Source: a virus (Duplodnaviria > Caudoviricetes). Taken from it: DNA of 64,000 bases. The notes beneath the pieces are model-generated. The model worked only from the letters and a program-made list of their open reading frames with translations, made no database searches and was not told the DNA's origin. The DNA is taken from the IMG/VR virus record IMGVR_UViG_2877705454_000002, positions 3,933 through 67,932 of that record. One strand, given 5' to 3'. The translations under genes and the position numbers were made by a program. Shown one piece after another: positions 46,540 through 55,506 of this stretch. Each line of letters opens with the position of its first letter. The stretch's first letter is position 1.

Positions 46540-47135
46540 CACGCGACCTTCCTTACAGGACCGACGTGCTTCCACACGCGGCAGTTGACGATGTTGCGGA
46601 GGTGACCCTCACTGATGCCGTACTCGGCGGCGAGCGCGCGCTGTGAGATCTGACCAGTGGCGTAGCGGAGCCGCGCTTCAACGACTCGTTCGGCCGTCAT
46701 CTTGCCCGGCCCGAGATGGATACCGGCCGCCACCGAATCACGCGCGTTATCCAGGGGCGTGCCCTTCGCCCAGTGGCGCTCGTTCTGGCACCGCTTGTTG
46801 TGGCACAGGTGCCGCACCACTTCACCGTCCGCCAGTGAGCCGACCCGGTTGCGGTAACCCCAGACGTGCGCCTTCATGTTGTGGCAGTGCCCGCGCTTAG
46901 TGAAGGTGCCGTCCCAGAAGATGCCGTATTCGTTGCCCTCGGCGCCTATCCAGGGGTGGCAGGCGTCCGGGCCTCCGCTCCGGTCCACGAGGCCCGCGTA
47001 GCGCTCCATCGCGGTCTTCTGCGGACGGTCCTCCGCGGTCCCGTCCTTCCGGGACCAGGCCCGAAGATAGTGCTTCGAGCACATCCCCTTGGCGTAGTGC
47101 TTCCGGGCGCAGTCGCCCACCTGGCAAGTCCTCAC
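46539..47135 (-). CDS. HNH endonuclease with N-terminal zinc finger and C-terminal HTH
   Basis: CHPWIG...YG...AH...VRHLCHNKRCQN.RH...DN; QRALAAEYGIS. Confidence 0.88.
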   Translation of the reverse strand: MRTCQVGDCARKHYAKGMCSKHYLRAWSRKDGTAEDRPQKTAMERYAGLVDRSGGPDACHPWIGAEGNEYGIFWDGTFTKRGHCHNMKAHVWGYRNRVGSLADGEVVRHLCHNKRCQNERHWAKGTPLDNARDSVAAGIHLGPGKMTAERVVEARLRYATGQISQRALAAEYGISEGHLRNIVNCRVWKHVGPVRKVA

Positions 47136-48010
47136 AGCTTCTCCGCCACCTCTCGGTAGCGGTCCAGGATTCCGGCCGCGTTTAGGAACGGCCCCTGCGT
47201 GAAGAAGCTGTAGTGGCTGACGATCGCGTCGCCGCGGAGGATGTTGGGGACGCCGATGGCGAGCGGCCGGTGCACGGTGGTCCAAGATTCCTCCTCATCC
47301 GGAACGAGGACCCCGGGACCGTCGGGGAGGTCGGCGTACATGCTGCCGAGGGACGCGAAGCAGGACACGGAGAACTGCATGCCGTTGCTGCCGTCGTTGG
47401 GATTCTGGACGGGGAAGTCCTGGTAGAGGTACAGCTCCTCGACGGTTCCAGTCTCGATGTGGCCGAGGAGGAGTTCGTGGAGCTTCACCGCGAACGGGCC
47501 GGACGCCCAGCCGATCGGGTCCATGCAGTACGGCTTAACCTCGCCCCACTCCAGGGGAACCTTGCGGCAGACCTGGAGGAAGTATGAGCACAGGGCGTTG
47601 TTGAAGATCACCGGGAACACCGCGGTCGGGGCGGGCATCTGAAGCCGGGCCCGCACGAGGTTCTCCACGGCCGATTCGTGCAGGTAGACCACATCATCGT
47701 CGAGTCTCAAGTAGACCGCGTTCGGGTCGGTCATCTCCCGGTACGCCAGGCCCGTATACCGCTGCTTGGGCAGGTTGCCGAGGTCGATCCCCTCGGGCCG
47801 GTGCTTGAGGTGGAACCAGGGGTACTGCTCGTTGAGCTGGTGGGCGTAGGCGATGTCGGCTTCCTGACCGATGGGGTCGGTGTTCATGTACGCCCACGCC
47901 TCGTCGATGAGGCCGCGGCGGACGTCGCGCTCCAGGTACTTGATCAGGATGCTGTAGGTCCGGACCCGTCCGTAGGGTGTCCAGGCCACGACCTTCTTGC
48001 CGTCGATCAC
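47132..48010 (-). CDS. GT-A-fold glycosyltransferase-like protein
   Basis: VVAWTPYGR, YLRLDDDVVYL (DxD), SHYSF. Confidence 0.7.
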   Translation of the reverse strand: MIDGKKVVAWTPYGRVRTYSILIKYLERDVRRGLIDEAWAYMNTDPIGQEADIAYAHQLNEQYPWFHLKHRPEGIDLGNLPKQRYTGLAYREMTDPNAVYLRLDDDVVYLHESAVENLVRARLQMPAPTAVFPVIFNNALCSYFLQVCRKVPLEWGEVKPYCMDPIGWASGPFAVKLHELLLGHIETGTVEELYLYQDFPVQNPNDGSNGMQFSVSCFASLGSMYADLPDGPGVLVPDEEESWTTVHRPLAIGVPNILRGDAIVSHYSFFTQGPFLNAAGILDRYREVAEKL

Positions 48011-48234
48011 GGGTTGTCTCCTTCGGTGCTGGCGCGCTGCGCCTTCGGGTCGATGGCGTCGGCACAGGGGCAGTAGCACCTGCCCAGGCCGCCGCACTCA
48101 CATAGCTGGCGCAGCTGCTCAGCCAGTTCGTGGGCGTGCTGATCCAGAACTTCTTGCGCGGCGTGTTCTGCCTGTTCGGGGGTGTGGCTGACGGACAGGA
48201 GCCCGACGAGGATGGCGTGCATGTTGACGCTCAC
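48007..48234 (-). CDS. Hypothetical phage protein
   Basis: HAHELAEQLR...ADAIDP, coupled. Confidence 0.6.
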   Translation of the reverse strand: MSVNMHAILVGLLSVSHTPEQAEHAAQEVLDQHAHELAEQLRQLCECGGLGRCYCPCADAIDPKAQRASTEGDNP

Positions 48235-48989
48235 GGCGCCCTCCTCGTAGTGCGGTGCTGTGGCGGCCACCGTCGGGACTCCGCCGACCACGGCAGGTCC
48301 GGATGGAGCTTGGCGAGGAGGTCGACGGTCGCCGCGTGATGCTGCCCGCGCGTGTCGGAGAGCTGGCCGGGGTGGACGCGCACGAAGTAAAGCGGCTCCT
48401 CCACCACCGCGTACCTTGTGAACCCGGCCTTCCAGACGCGGATCCACCAGTCCCAGTCCTCCGCCGTCCCGTAGGTCCCGGGCGGGGTGGCCTTCAGGCT
48501 GTAGCCGCCGAGGTTCTCCCACACCTCGCGCCGGATGAGTGCCTTGTCGATCAGCGGCGGCCAGCGCACGAAGTCGTCCAGGCCCGCGTCCGGGAGCGAC
48601 GCCTGCACGTGGTCGGCCTCCCCGAACTGCCGGGCATACGGGACGACGAAGTCCCTGCCGCCATCCCCGTCAAGGAGCGCGGCGCAGCGGGCGATGCACT
48701 CCGGATGCAGCCGGTCATCCGCCGACGCAGTGAACACCGCATCGCAGCCGTCGGCCAGCGCCAGTGCCGCGGCGGCGTTGAGACTGCCAGCCCAGCCCAG
48801 CCGGCGCCGGTTGCGCTTCAGGCCGGCGTACAGGTGGGGGTTCTCGCGGAGTCGCTCGTAGGTGCCGTCGTCGGACCGGTCCTCGGCGATATACGCCTGC
48901 GCCGGATGGGTCTGGGCCTGGACGGAGTCGAGCATCTCCCAGATCCAGGGGAGGGCGTTGCGGGCGGGGATGATGACGCCGATCTTCAC
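48231..48989 (-). CDS. Family 2 glycosyltransferase
   Basis: GVIIPARN, EDRSDDGT, SADD, GGY, EDWDWW. Confidence 0.92.
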   Translation of the reverse strand: MKIGVIIPARNALPWIWEMLDSVQAQTHPAQAYIAEDRSDDGTYERLRENPHLYAGLKRNRRRLGWAGSLNAAAALALADGCDAVFTASADDRLHPECIARCAALLDGDGGRDFVVPYARQFGEADHVQASLPDAGLDDFVRWPPLIDKALIRREVWENLGGYSLKATPPGTYGTAEDWDWWIRVWKAGFTRYAVVEEPLYFVRVHPGQLSDTRGQHHAATVDLLAKLHPDLPWSAESRRWPPQHRTTRRAP

Positions 48990-49852
48990 CACTGCTCTCC
49001 GATCCAAGCGAGGGTGGAACGAAGGCCGTCGAGCGCGCTCGTGGTGGGTGCCCAGCCGCGCACGTTGTTGATCGCCGTGTTGTCGGTGACCACACGCTGA
49101 AGGTCACCGGGGAGGCGTTCGTCGTGGACGATGTCCGGGCGTGCTCCGGTGTCGGTCTCCCAGGTGTGGAGGAGGTCGAGGAGGCTGAGTTCGTTGTCGG
49201 GTCCGCCGCCGACGTCGTAGGGCTCGGCACGCTGGTAGTCGGTGTGGTTTTCGCAGATGTCGATGAGCAGGCGGGTGAAGTCGTCGATGTAGAGGATGTC
49301 CCGGGATTGGGTGCCGTCGCCGTGGATGGTGATCTGGCGTCGGTTGAAGAGGGCGCGGAGGAACCAGGTCACCCAGCCGCTTTCGCTGGTGCCGTCTTGT
49401 CCGGGGCCGTACACGGTGGAGGGGCGGAGGATGACGTGCGGCAGGCCGTAGAGGTCGGCGTACAGGTTCAGGTAGTCCTCGCCGACGCGCTTGGACAGGC
49501 CGAGGGGTGCGATGCGGCCGTCGGCGCCGGGGTTGACCTTGACGGTGCTGGTGTAGATGACGGGGATGCCGCCCGCCTGCCGGGCCGCTTCGGCAACGTT
49601 GAAGGTGCCGACGGCGTTGTGGAGGAAGTCGTGGGCGGGGTCGGTGAGGCTGCGGCTGGTGGAGCAGTTCGCGCCGAGGTGGACGATGACGTCGGGCTCG
49701 GCAGCGTCCACGGTCTTCTGGAACGCGGGCAGGTCGGTGGTGGGGCGTCCGTGGCGCTTGTCCACGCCGGTGACCCGGTGCCCGCGGCGGCCGAGTTGTT
49801 GGACGAGGTGGGTGCCGATGAATCCGGCGGACCCGGTGACGAGGATGTTCAC
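48986..49852 (-). CDS. NAD-dependent epimerase/dehydratase (extended SDR), YxxxK replaced by LxxxK
   Basis: TGSAGFIG, HLGA, PLGLSK, VYGPGQ, GDGTQSRD. Confidence 0.88.
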   Translation of the reverse strand: MNILVTGSAGFIGTHLVQQLGRRGHRVTGVDKRHGRPTTDLPAFQKTVDAAEPDVIVHLGANCSTSRSLTDPAHDFLHNAVGTFNVAEAARQAGGIPVIYTSTVKVNPGADGRIAPLGLSKRVGEDYLNLYADLYGLPHVILRPSTVYGPGQDGTSESGWVTWFLRALFNRRQITIHGDGTQSRDILYIDDFTRLLIDICENHTDYQRAEPYDVGGGPDNELSLLDLLHTWETDTGARPDIVHDERLPGDLQRVVTDNTAINNVRGWAPTTSALDGLRSTLAWIGEQW

Positions 49853-50067
49853 GGTCCGAGTACCTCGTTCCAGGTGACGCTGTCGGGGAACCGGTCGGCG
49901 GCGAGGACCGCGACGAGGGCGGCGAGGAAGTGGTTTTGTGCCGTGAGGAGTTCCATCTGGGTGGGCGGCCACGTGCCGGGCTCGACTCCGCGTGCGAGGT
50001 CGTCGGCGTGGATGGGCTGGCCTGCGAGGAGACGCTCGCCCTCCCGGTAGTGATCGGGGCCGTTCAC
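49849..50067 (-). CDS. Hypothetical phage protein
   Basis: GPDHYREGERLL, coupled. Confidence 0.6.
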   Translation of the reverse strand: MNGPDHYREGERLLAGQPIHADDLARGVEPGTWPPTQMELLTAQNHFLAALVAVLAADRFPDSVTWNEVLGP

Positions 50068-50459
50068 GGCGTGCCTCCGTTGATCGCGCGGGCGATGGCG
50101 AGCGCCATGGGGAAGTTCTCGCAGTTGACGCCAGCACCGTCGCCCTCCACCGCCGCCACATCGTCGGCGTGCAGCTCCGCCTCCGTGCTCAGCCACTTGG
50201 CGAGCAAGGCGCCCACCCCGGGGTGCATGGTGGCGATCCAGTCGGCGTTGGCGGTGTCACACTCCGCGCGATGGGCGCTGGCCTCGGGCTCCCAAGTGGC
50301 GATGCCGTAGGTCCACTCGGCGATCGGGTCGAGGTCGGAGGGGCTTTTCACCTCATACTGCTGCGCGTTCCACGTGGTGCTCCATGGGGCCTCGCTCGTG
50401 CGCTCCACGAGGCTGAGCAGCTTCGCGGCGGCAGCACGAATCTCATCGACAGGGCTCAT
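50064..50459 (-). CDS. Hypothetical phage protein
   Basis: ADWIATMHPGVG, coupled. Confidence 0.65.
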   Translation of the reverse strand: MSPVDEIRAAAAKLLSLVERTSEAPWSTTWNAQQYEVKSPSDLDPIAEWTYGIATWEPEASAHRAECDTANADWIATMHPGVGALLAKWLSTEAELHADDVAAVEGDGAGVNCENFPMALAIARAINGGTP

Positions 50460-51472
50460 GCCGCCACCTCCGCGGGCGCAGTGAGGGCCGCCTGCCACTG
50501 CACATGCAACGCCTGCATGATCGAGGACGACGCCTCACCCCGCGCCGTCATCCCGACCCGCTGACGCAACTCCGGATCGTCCACGAGGCGTTTCAACAGG
50601 CGGCCCCACTCATGCTCGTACTTCACGAGGAAGCCGTTCTCCCCATGCCGGATCACCCGCCGGTACGGCTCGATGTCAGAGGCGATCAACGGGATACCCA
50701 GCACCGAGGATTCGAGCCACTTCGTCGGGAACTTCGCCCGGTTGAACGCCGTGTCCCGGTACGGCGCCACCCACACATCCCACTCCGCACACGCCTGCAA
50801 ATAGTGATCCACATTCGACACCCAGCCCAACGCCCCCACCCTGCGCCCACTCAGGCCGAGCCCCATCGCCTGCCGCGCATCAATCCCCACAAGCCGCACC
50901 TGCACCCCACCCGGCCGCCCGTACTGCGCGATCCGGTTCAGGGCCCGTACCGCCTCCGGGAGTTCCGCCACGGTGGACGAAGTGCCAGTCCAGCCGACCG
51001 AGAGTGGCCGGCCCTCCGCGAGGTAGTCGCGCGGCCGGCCGAGGTACTGCGCCGGCAGCCCGTTCGGGATGACCCGGACGTCGGTCGCGTAGTCCCGCAG
51101 CACTGCGGCCAGCGGTTCGGAGCAGCAGGTGACGACGTCCGCCAACGCCATATTCGCGGCCAGCCTGCCGAGCATGCCCCTGTCCCAGACTTCGGCCGCG
51201 CGCTGGTTGCTGGGGTCGATGTGGAAGTAGTCGTCGTCCAGGTCGAGGACCAGGCGGGTGCTGGTCTCGTGCTTGAAGTACCGCCACATCTGGGTCGGGT
51301 CGGGCTTCGCGACGCGGCAGCCGACGAGGGTGTCCAGGTCCCGCCAGTCGTGCGGCAACCGCATGCCGCCGCTGACGTTGTGGCCGAGCCACTGGAGACT
51401 GATCCCAGGCAGGGTCGACCGGTAGTACGACGAGCCTGCGGTGTCGGCGGCCCAGAAGTGGAAGCGCCCCAT
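50456..51472 (-). CDS. GT-B (GT4-like) glycosyltransferase
   Basis: YYR..LP, DLDD, VIPN, VGWTG, FNRAK..KWLE, IASD..PY...I.HGENG. Confidence 0.88.
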   Translation of the reverse strand: MGRFHFWAADTAGSSYYRSTLPGISLQWLGHNVSGGMRLPHDWRDLDTLVGCRVAKPDPTQMWRYFKHETSTRLVLDLDDDYFHIDPSNQRAAEVWDRGMLGRLAANMALADVVTCCSEPLAAVLRDYATDVRVIPNGLPAQYLGRPRDYLAEGRPLSVGWTGTSSTVAELPEAVRALNRIAQYGRPGGVQVRLVGIDARQAMGLGLSGRRVGALGWVSNVDHYLQACAEWDVWVAPYRDTAFNRAKFPTKWLESSVLGIPLIASDIEPYRRVIRHGENGFLVKYEHEWGRLLKRLVDDPELRQRVGMTARGEASSSIMQALHVQWQAALTAPAEVAA

Positions 51473-51473
51473 C

Positions 51474-52043
51474 TCAGCCTCCGTGCTCGGCGGTCTGCGA
51501 GCGCTCGTCCTCGATGGCGCGCTTGGCGGCGCGGATGCCCTGCGCGTACCCGTCCTGGGTGGCGTAAGGCGACTCGGGGTTCACGTTCATGACCTCAGGC
51601 TGCTCCGTCAGGTCGCGGACGCGGGTGAGGGCCTCGTTCGCCCGGTCCCGCTCGGTGCGAAGGCGGGTGCGCGCGGCCTCGGACTTCTCCAGCTCGCGGC
51701 AGGCGGCGAGCAGCCAGCCCGCGATGTCCGGCATGCCTTCGGTGATGTCGATGCCGAGGGCTTGATGCACAGCGGTGGCCATCGTGGTGAAGTCGGCCTC
51801 GCTCACCTCGTCGACCTCGGGCAGGGGCAGCGGCCCGTTGGCGGGGATCTCGACTGTGTCCGGGAGCACGATCGCGCCGCGCGCACCGATGCGCTTGGCG
51901 ACCACGTCCCAGTGATCGGGCTGCCCTTCCATCCCCTCGCCCACGACGTAGCGCTGCGGCTCCATCTGGTCGACGACGAGGACGAACGGCGGCCGGTCGT
52001 CGCCCGTGCCTTCGGGCAGGGGCAGGATCTGCAAGCGGGCCAC
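51474..52043 (-). CDS. Hypothetical phage protein
   Basis: MARLQILPLPEG...PPFVLVVDQ. Confidence 0.7.
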   Translation of the reverse strand: MARLQILPLPEGTGDDRPPFVLVVDQMEPQRYVVGEGMEGQPDHWDVVAKRIGARGAIVLPDTVEIPANGPLPLPEVDEVSEADFTTMATAVHQALGIDITEGMPDIAGWLLAACRELEKSEAARTRLRTERDRANEALTRVRDLTEQPEVMNVNPESPYATQDGYAQGIRAAKRAIEDERSQTAEHGG

Positions 52044-52053
52044 GGCGCCCTCC

Positions 52054-52263
52054 TCAGGTCTCGACGGTGAGGGCGTTGCCGTCCCACCGCAGGGTGTTGC
52101 CGACCGCCGCCATGACCGGGTGCTCGCCGGGCTTGCCGATCAGCAGGACCGGGAGGGCGCTCGTGTCTCGGTTGCTGATGACGGCGCCAAGGAAGCCGCG
52201 CGCGGCGAGCCACGCCAGCGTGTCCTCGGTCTGCCCGGCCATCGAGATGTAGTGCTCGTCCAC
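52054..52263 (-). CDS. Hypothetical protein
   Basis: Fits operon packing. Confidence 0.55.
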   Translation of the reverse strand: MDEHYISMAGQTEDTLAWLAARGFLGAVISNRDTSALPVLLIGKPGEHPVMAAVGNTLRWDGNALTVET

Positions 52264-52264
52264 G

Positions 52265-52495
52265 TCAGCGCTCCGGTCCGTCTGCGGGCGTGCACCGCAA
52301 TGCGTCGGCGACGGCCAGCAGGGCAGAGGCGATCGCGAGGTTGGAACGCACCATCAGCACACCGATCGCTGTCGGCCCGTCGAGATCGCGGGGGCGGCCA
52401 CTGGGCAGCGCCTCGATGCCGCCGAGACCCGACGACGTGGTGTTGATCTCGGCGAGCGTGTGCTCGTAAGGCAGGCGGGCAACCGGCTCAGACAC
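52265..52495 (-). CDS. Hypothetical protein
   Basis: Fits operon packing. Confidence 0.55.
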   Translation of the reverse strand: MSEPVARLPYEHTLAEINTTSSGLGGIEALPSGRPRDLDGPTAIGVLMVRSNLAIASALLAVADALRCTPADGPER

Positions 52496-53456
52496 TGACC
52501 TCAGCCCCCTCCAGCCACCCCGGCAGCCAGGACTGCGCGTAGTAGTCGACGGTGCGCCGGATGCCGTCCTCCAGCGGGACGAAGTCGGCGGCCGTCATCC
52601 CGATCTGCGCCAACGTCGACGTGTCGGAGGAGACGACCGCGTTCGGGACCTCGCCCGGCCGCATCGGCAGGTGCTTGATCCCCACCGGCTCCCGGCCCGT
52701 CACCTTGGCGGCGTACTCGGCGACCAGGCGAGCAATGTCGTTCACCGTCCGGGACTCCAGCGGACCGACCTCCACCGGCTTCTCCGTCGGCCCGTTCACG
52801 GCCGTGTGCTCCAGCGCCGTCACGAACGCCCGCGCAACGTCCTCGACGTACACGCAGTCGGAGACCTGGGTACCGTCCCCGTACACCTCGATGTCCGCCC
52901 CGGTGAGCGCACGGCAGGTCAGGGCGGGGAGGATCTTGCGGACCTTGCTCGTGCCGTAGGGCTGCGCGATGGACTGCCCCGGACCGTAGGCGTTGACCGG
53001 GCGGACGGTCGTGATCCGGCCCCCGTCCCGGTAGAGGTTGTACATGCGGGTGAGGTCCTCGGCTGCCGACTTGGTGATCGTGTAGCAGCCCGTGCCGATG
53101 GTCCGGAAGGCGTGGTTGCCGACGCCGGCGTAGACGCAGCTGAGGTTGTACTGGGCGGCGGCCTCGAAGACGTTCAGTGAGCCGAGGATGTTCGTCTCGG
53201 CGCTCGGCTTCGGGTTGTTGATGGTCTCCTGGGTGCCGAGGACGGCGGCGAGGTGGATGATGCCGTCGACGTGCGCGGCGGCCTCGGTCACCGCGGTGGC
53301 GTCGCGGACGTCGCCGAGGAAGAACTCCTCACCGTCGGCGAGCTGCTGGCGGCGGTCTTGGTGGTCCATGACGAGGACCTGGTGGCCGCGTGCGATGAGT
53401 TCGCGTCGGCACCATGAGGCGATGAATCCGGCGCCACCCGTGACGAGGACCTTCAT
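52488..53456 (-). CDS. NAD-dependent epimerase/dehydratase (extended SDR)
   Basis: TGGAGFI, HLAA, YTITK, NAYGPGQ, GDGTQ. Confidence 0.92.
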   Translation of the reverse strand: MKVLVTGGAGFIASWCRRELIARGHQVLVMDHQDRRQQLADGEEFFLGDVRDATAVTEAAAHVDGIIHLAAVLGTQETINNPKPSAETNILGSLNVFEAAAQYNLSCVYAGVGNHAFRTIGTGCYTITKSAAEDLTRMYNLYRDGGRITTVRPVNAYGPGQSIAQPYGTSKVRKILPALTCRALTGADIEVYGDGTQVSDCVYVEDVARAFVTALEHTAVNGPTEKPVEVGPLESRTVNDIARLVAEYAAKVTGREPVGIKHLPMRPGEVPNAVVSSDTSTLAQIGMTAADFVPLEDGIRRTVDYYAQSWLPGWLEGAEVSV

Positions 53457-53608
53457 GCGCTCTTCTCCTTGCTGTTGTCGCACGTGCAGCCGTTGCAGTG
53501 CTGGGTGTTGGCCTTGTGTTTGGCGAGGGCGACTTCGCGGGCGGCGTTGATGATGGACATCGAGACGAGCGCGACGACGATGCCCAGGGTGATGAAGACG
53601 GCGGTCAC
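53453..53608 (-). CDS. Small membrane protein
   Basis: Single TM, coupled. Confidence 0.55.
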   Translation of the reverse strand: MTAVFITLGIVVALVSMSIINAAREVALAKHKANTQHCNGCTCDNSKEKSA

Positions 53609-53727
53609 TTCTTCTCCTTGCCGACGGGCCGCGCGTGGGGGCAGATCTTGCAGTGGTCGCATTGCGGGAGGCGGTCGGCGCAGTCGCAGCGTGGGCAGCG
53701 GAGGCCGGTGTCCTGCTCGTTGCTCAT
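53605..53727 (-). CDS. 40-aa Cys-rich microprotein
   Basis: CPRCDC...CDHCKIC. Confidence 0.55.
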   Translation of the reverse strand: MSNEQDTGLRCPRCDCADRLPQCDHCKICPHARPVGKEKK

Positions 53728-54128
53728 TGGCTGCTCCAGTCCGGCCCGCGCAGCGCGGCGGGGACGCGGCGGGTGTCCGGGAGCGGGCCGCGCGGCTTCG
53801 GCTCCTGGCGGACGGTCAGCGGCTGGTCGAGTCCGGCGAGGATCTCTTCGGTGATGCCGTGTGCGTGGGCGAGGTCCAGCAGCTCGGGGCAGTCGTTGAG
53901 GTTGTCGGTGTTGGGAGTGTCGTCGTAGCCACTGGTTCCGCAGCCGTGGCAGGGCGCGTTGTGCTCCCAGGTCCATTCGGTGGCGAGTCGGTGCCGGTTG
54001 AGGATGCGGCGGTCGGCTTCGCAGCGGAGTCGGACGCCCTTGCTCTGGCTGGGCGGCCACTCGTTCTCGCCGATCAACTGCTCGACGCAATCGACTTGCT
54101 GGGTGATCCAGCCGTGGAGGTCGTTCAT
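53724..54128 (-). CDS. Hypothetical phage protein
   Basis: RCEADRRILNRH...C..C...CPELLDLA. Confidence 0.7.
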   Translation of the reverse strand: MNDLHGWITQQVDCVEQLIGENEWPPSQSKGVRLRCEADRRILNRHRLATEWTWEHNAPCHGCGTSGYDDTPNTDNLNDCPELLDLAHAHGITEEILAGLDQPLTVRQEPKPRGPLPDTRRVPAALRGPDWSSQ

Positions 54129-54231
54129 CGGCTGCTCCAGCACGCGGTGGCTGGTGCGGTGAGGGTGACGTCGAGGGTGGGCGCGATGACGAGGATCGCG
54201 AACCACAACGCCAGCCCGGCGCAGACGGCTC

Positions 54232-54429
54232 TCACGGGTGGCTCCTGTTGGCGCGGTCGAGTTCGGCAAGCGCATGGAGGAGGAGGGCGCGGCAGAGTGC
54301 GCGTTCGCGAGGGTCGTCAGGCGGCTGCCGGTCGATGCGGGTGACGGTCGTGGTGCCGTCTGGCTGCTCGCTGGAGACGTAGTACAGGCCGGGCCCCTGC
54401 TGCGCGGGGAGGGTGATGTCACTGGCCAC
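54232..54429 (-). CDS. Hypothetical protein, first gene of the minus-strand operon
   Basis: AGGAG RBS and GTG. Confidence 0.6.
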   Translation of the reverse strand: MASDITLPAQQGPGLYYVSSEQPDGTTTVTRIDRQPPDDPRERALCRALLLHALAELDRANRSHP

Positions 54430-54542
54430 GGAAGCTCCTGTGCGGGTTGTGCGGGTGGGGTGCGGGTGTTGGTGCGGCAGGGCTGCGACCCGCACGGACA
54501 CGGCCCTGCCGCCGGTCCCTCTGAGAGGACTACGAAGACTCT

Positions 54543-54589
54543 ACCTTCGAATCGTTGGCAAATAGCAAGTCCAGGCTACGATCTAAAGG
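54543..54589. promoter_or_regulatory. Divergent pair of late-box-like motifs
   Basis: Minus strand CGATTCGAAGGT (54543-54554) facing the glycosylation operon; plus strand CTACGATCTAAAGG (54576-54589) facing the endolysin. Confidence 0.6.
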
Positions 54590-54619
54590 AGAACCCATAC
54601 GGCAGATGGAGGACCCGCG

Positions 54620-55480
54620 ATGCCCGACCTCTGGATGCCGGGCGCCACCCGGCTCGACATAGGCGACCACCAGCCGACCGACGGCGGCCCCGCCAAGGCG
54701 CTGGCTCACATCACCTGGGACCGCAACGCCACCGCTGCCAAGCCGCTGGACCTCGTCCCCTACGAAACCCTCGTCGCCTACTTCGGCAAGAACCCCACCG
54801 GCCGCGCCGTCGCCCCCCACCTGCTCTGGGACCCGTTCACAGGCCGCGTCACACAGTTCGTGCCCGCGAACTCCCGCAGCAAGTCCCTGGCAGACGCCCC
54901 AGGCGGCACGCGCACCAACCGGGCCGGGTCCGTCGTCATCCAGATCGAAGCCCTGTTCTTCCCCCACTGCCGCGTCGGCACCGCCGTCTACCCGCGCCTC
55001 GTGGACACGCCCTGCAAGGGCTGGCCCGAGCTGCACGCCTGGGTGAAGTCGTGGGGCGTCCCGGACGCCTGGCCCAACGGCCGCCCAGAGAACTGCACCC
55101 GCAACACCACCCACTGGGCCACCAAGCCCGGCTGGTACCCCCACGCCGCGGTCCCCGAGAACAACCACAACGACCCGCTGTCCTGGCCCGCATTCCCCAC
55201 CGAGCCCGTCGTCGAGGCGCCGAAGCCGAAGTACGAGCCGTTCCCCGGCGCAGGCTTCTTCCGGGCCGGACGCCGCTCGCCGATCATCGCGGCCATGCAC
55301 AAGCGGCTCATCGCCGTCGGCTGCAACAAGTACAAGTCCCAGGCCAACGCCGACACGTGGGGCTCCGGTGACGTCGCCTCCTACGCAGCCTGGCAACGCA
55401 AGCTCCGCTACACCGGCACGGCCGCCGACGGCATCCCCGGCCCCACCTCATGGGCCGCCCTCAAAGTCCCGAACGTCTAA
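54620..55480 (+). CDS. Endolysin (amidase-like domain plus C-terminal peptidoglycan-binding domain)
   Basis: HIT, QIE, H..VPEN.H.DP; ADGIPGPTSW. Confidence 0.88.
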   Translation: MPDLWMPGATRLDIGDHQPTDGGPAKALAHITWDRNATAAKPLDLVPYETLVAYFGKNPTGRAVAPHLLWDPFTGRVTQFVPANSRSKSLADAPGGTRTNRAGSVVIQIEALFFPHCRVGTAVYPRLVDTPCKGWPELHAWVKSWGVPDAWPNGRPENCTRNTTHWATKPGWYPHAAVPENNHNDPLSWPAFPTEPVVEAPKPKYEPFPGAGFFRAGRRSPIIAAMHKRLIAVGCNKYKSQANADTWGSGDVASYAAWQRKLRYTGTAADGIPGPTSWAALKVPNV

Positions 55481-55506
55481 CCCGCCCTCCCCCCCTGGAG
55501 AACCCC

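Noticed and set aside
1961-51472. MTase plus GT as a glycosyl-5hmC DNA hypermodification pathway
   Set aside because: No TET/JBP dioxygenase or hydroxymethylase recognised in the window, and the genes are in separate transcription units; it cannot be fully excluded
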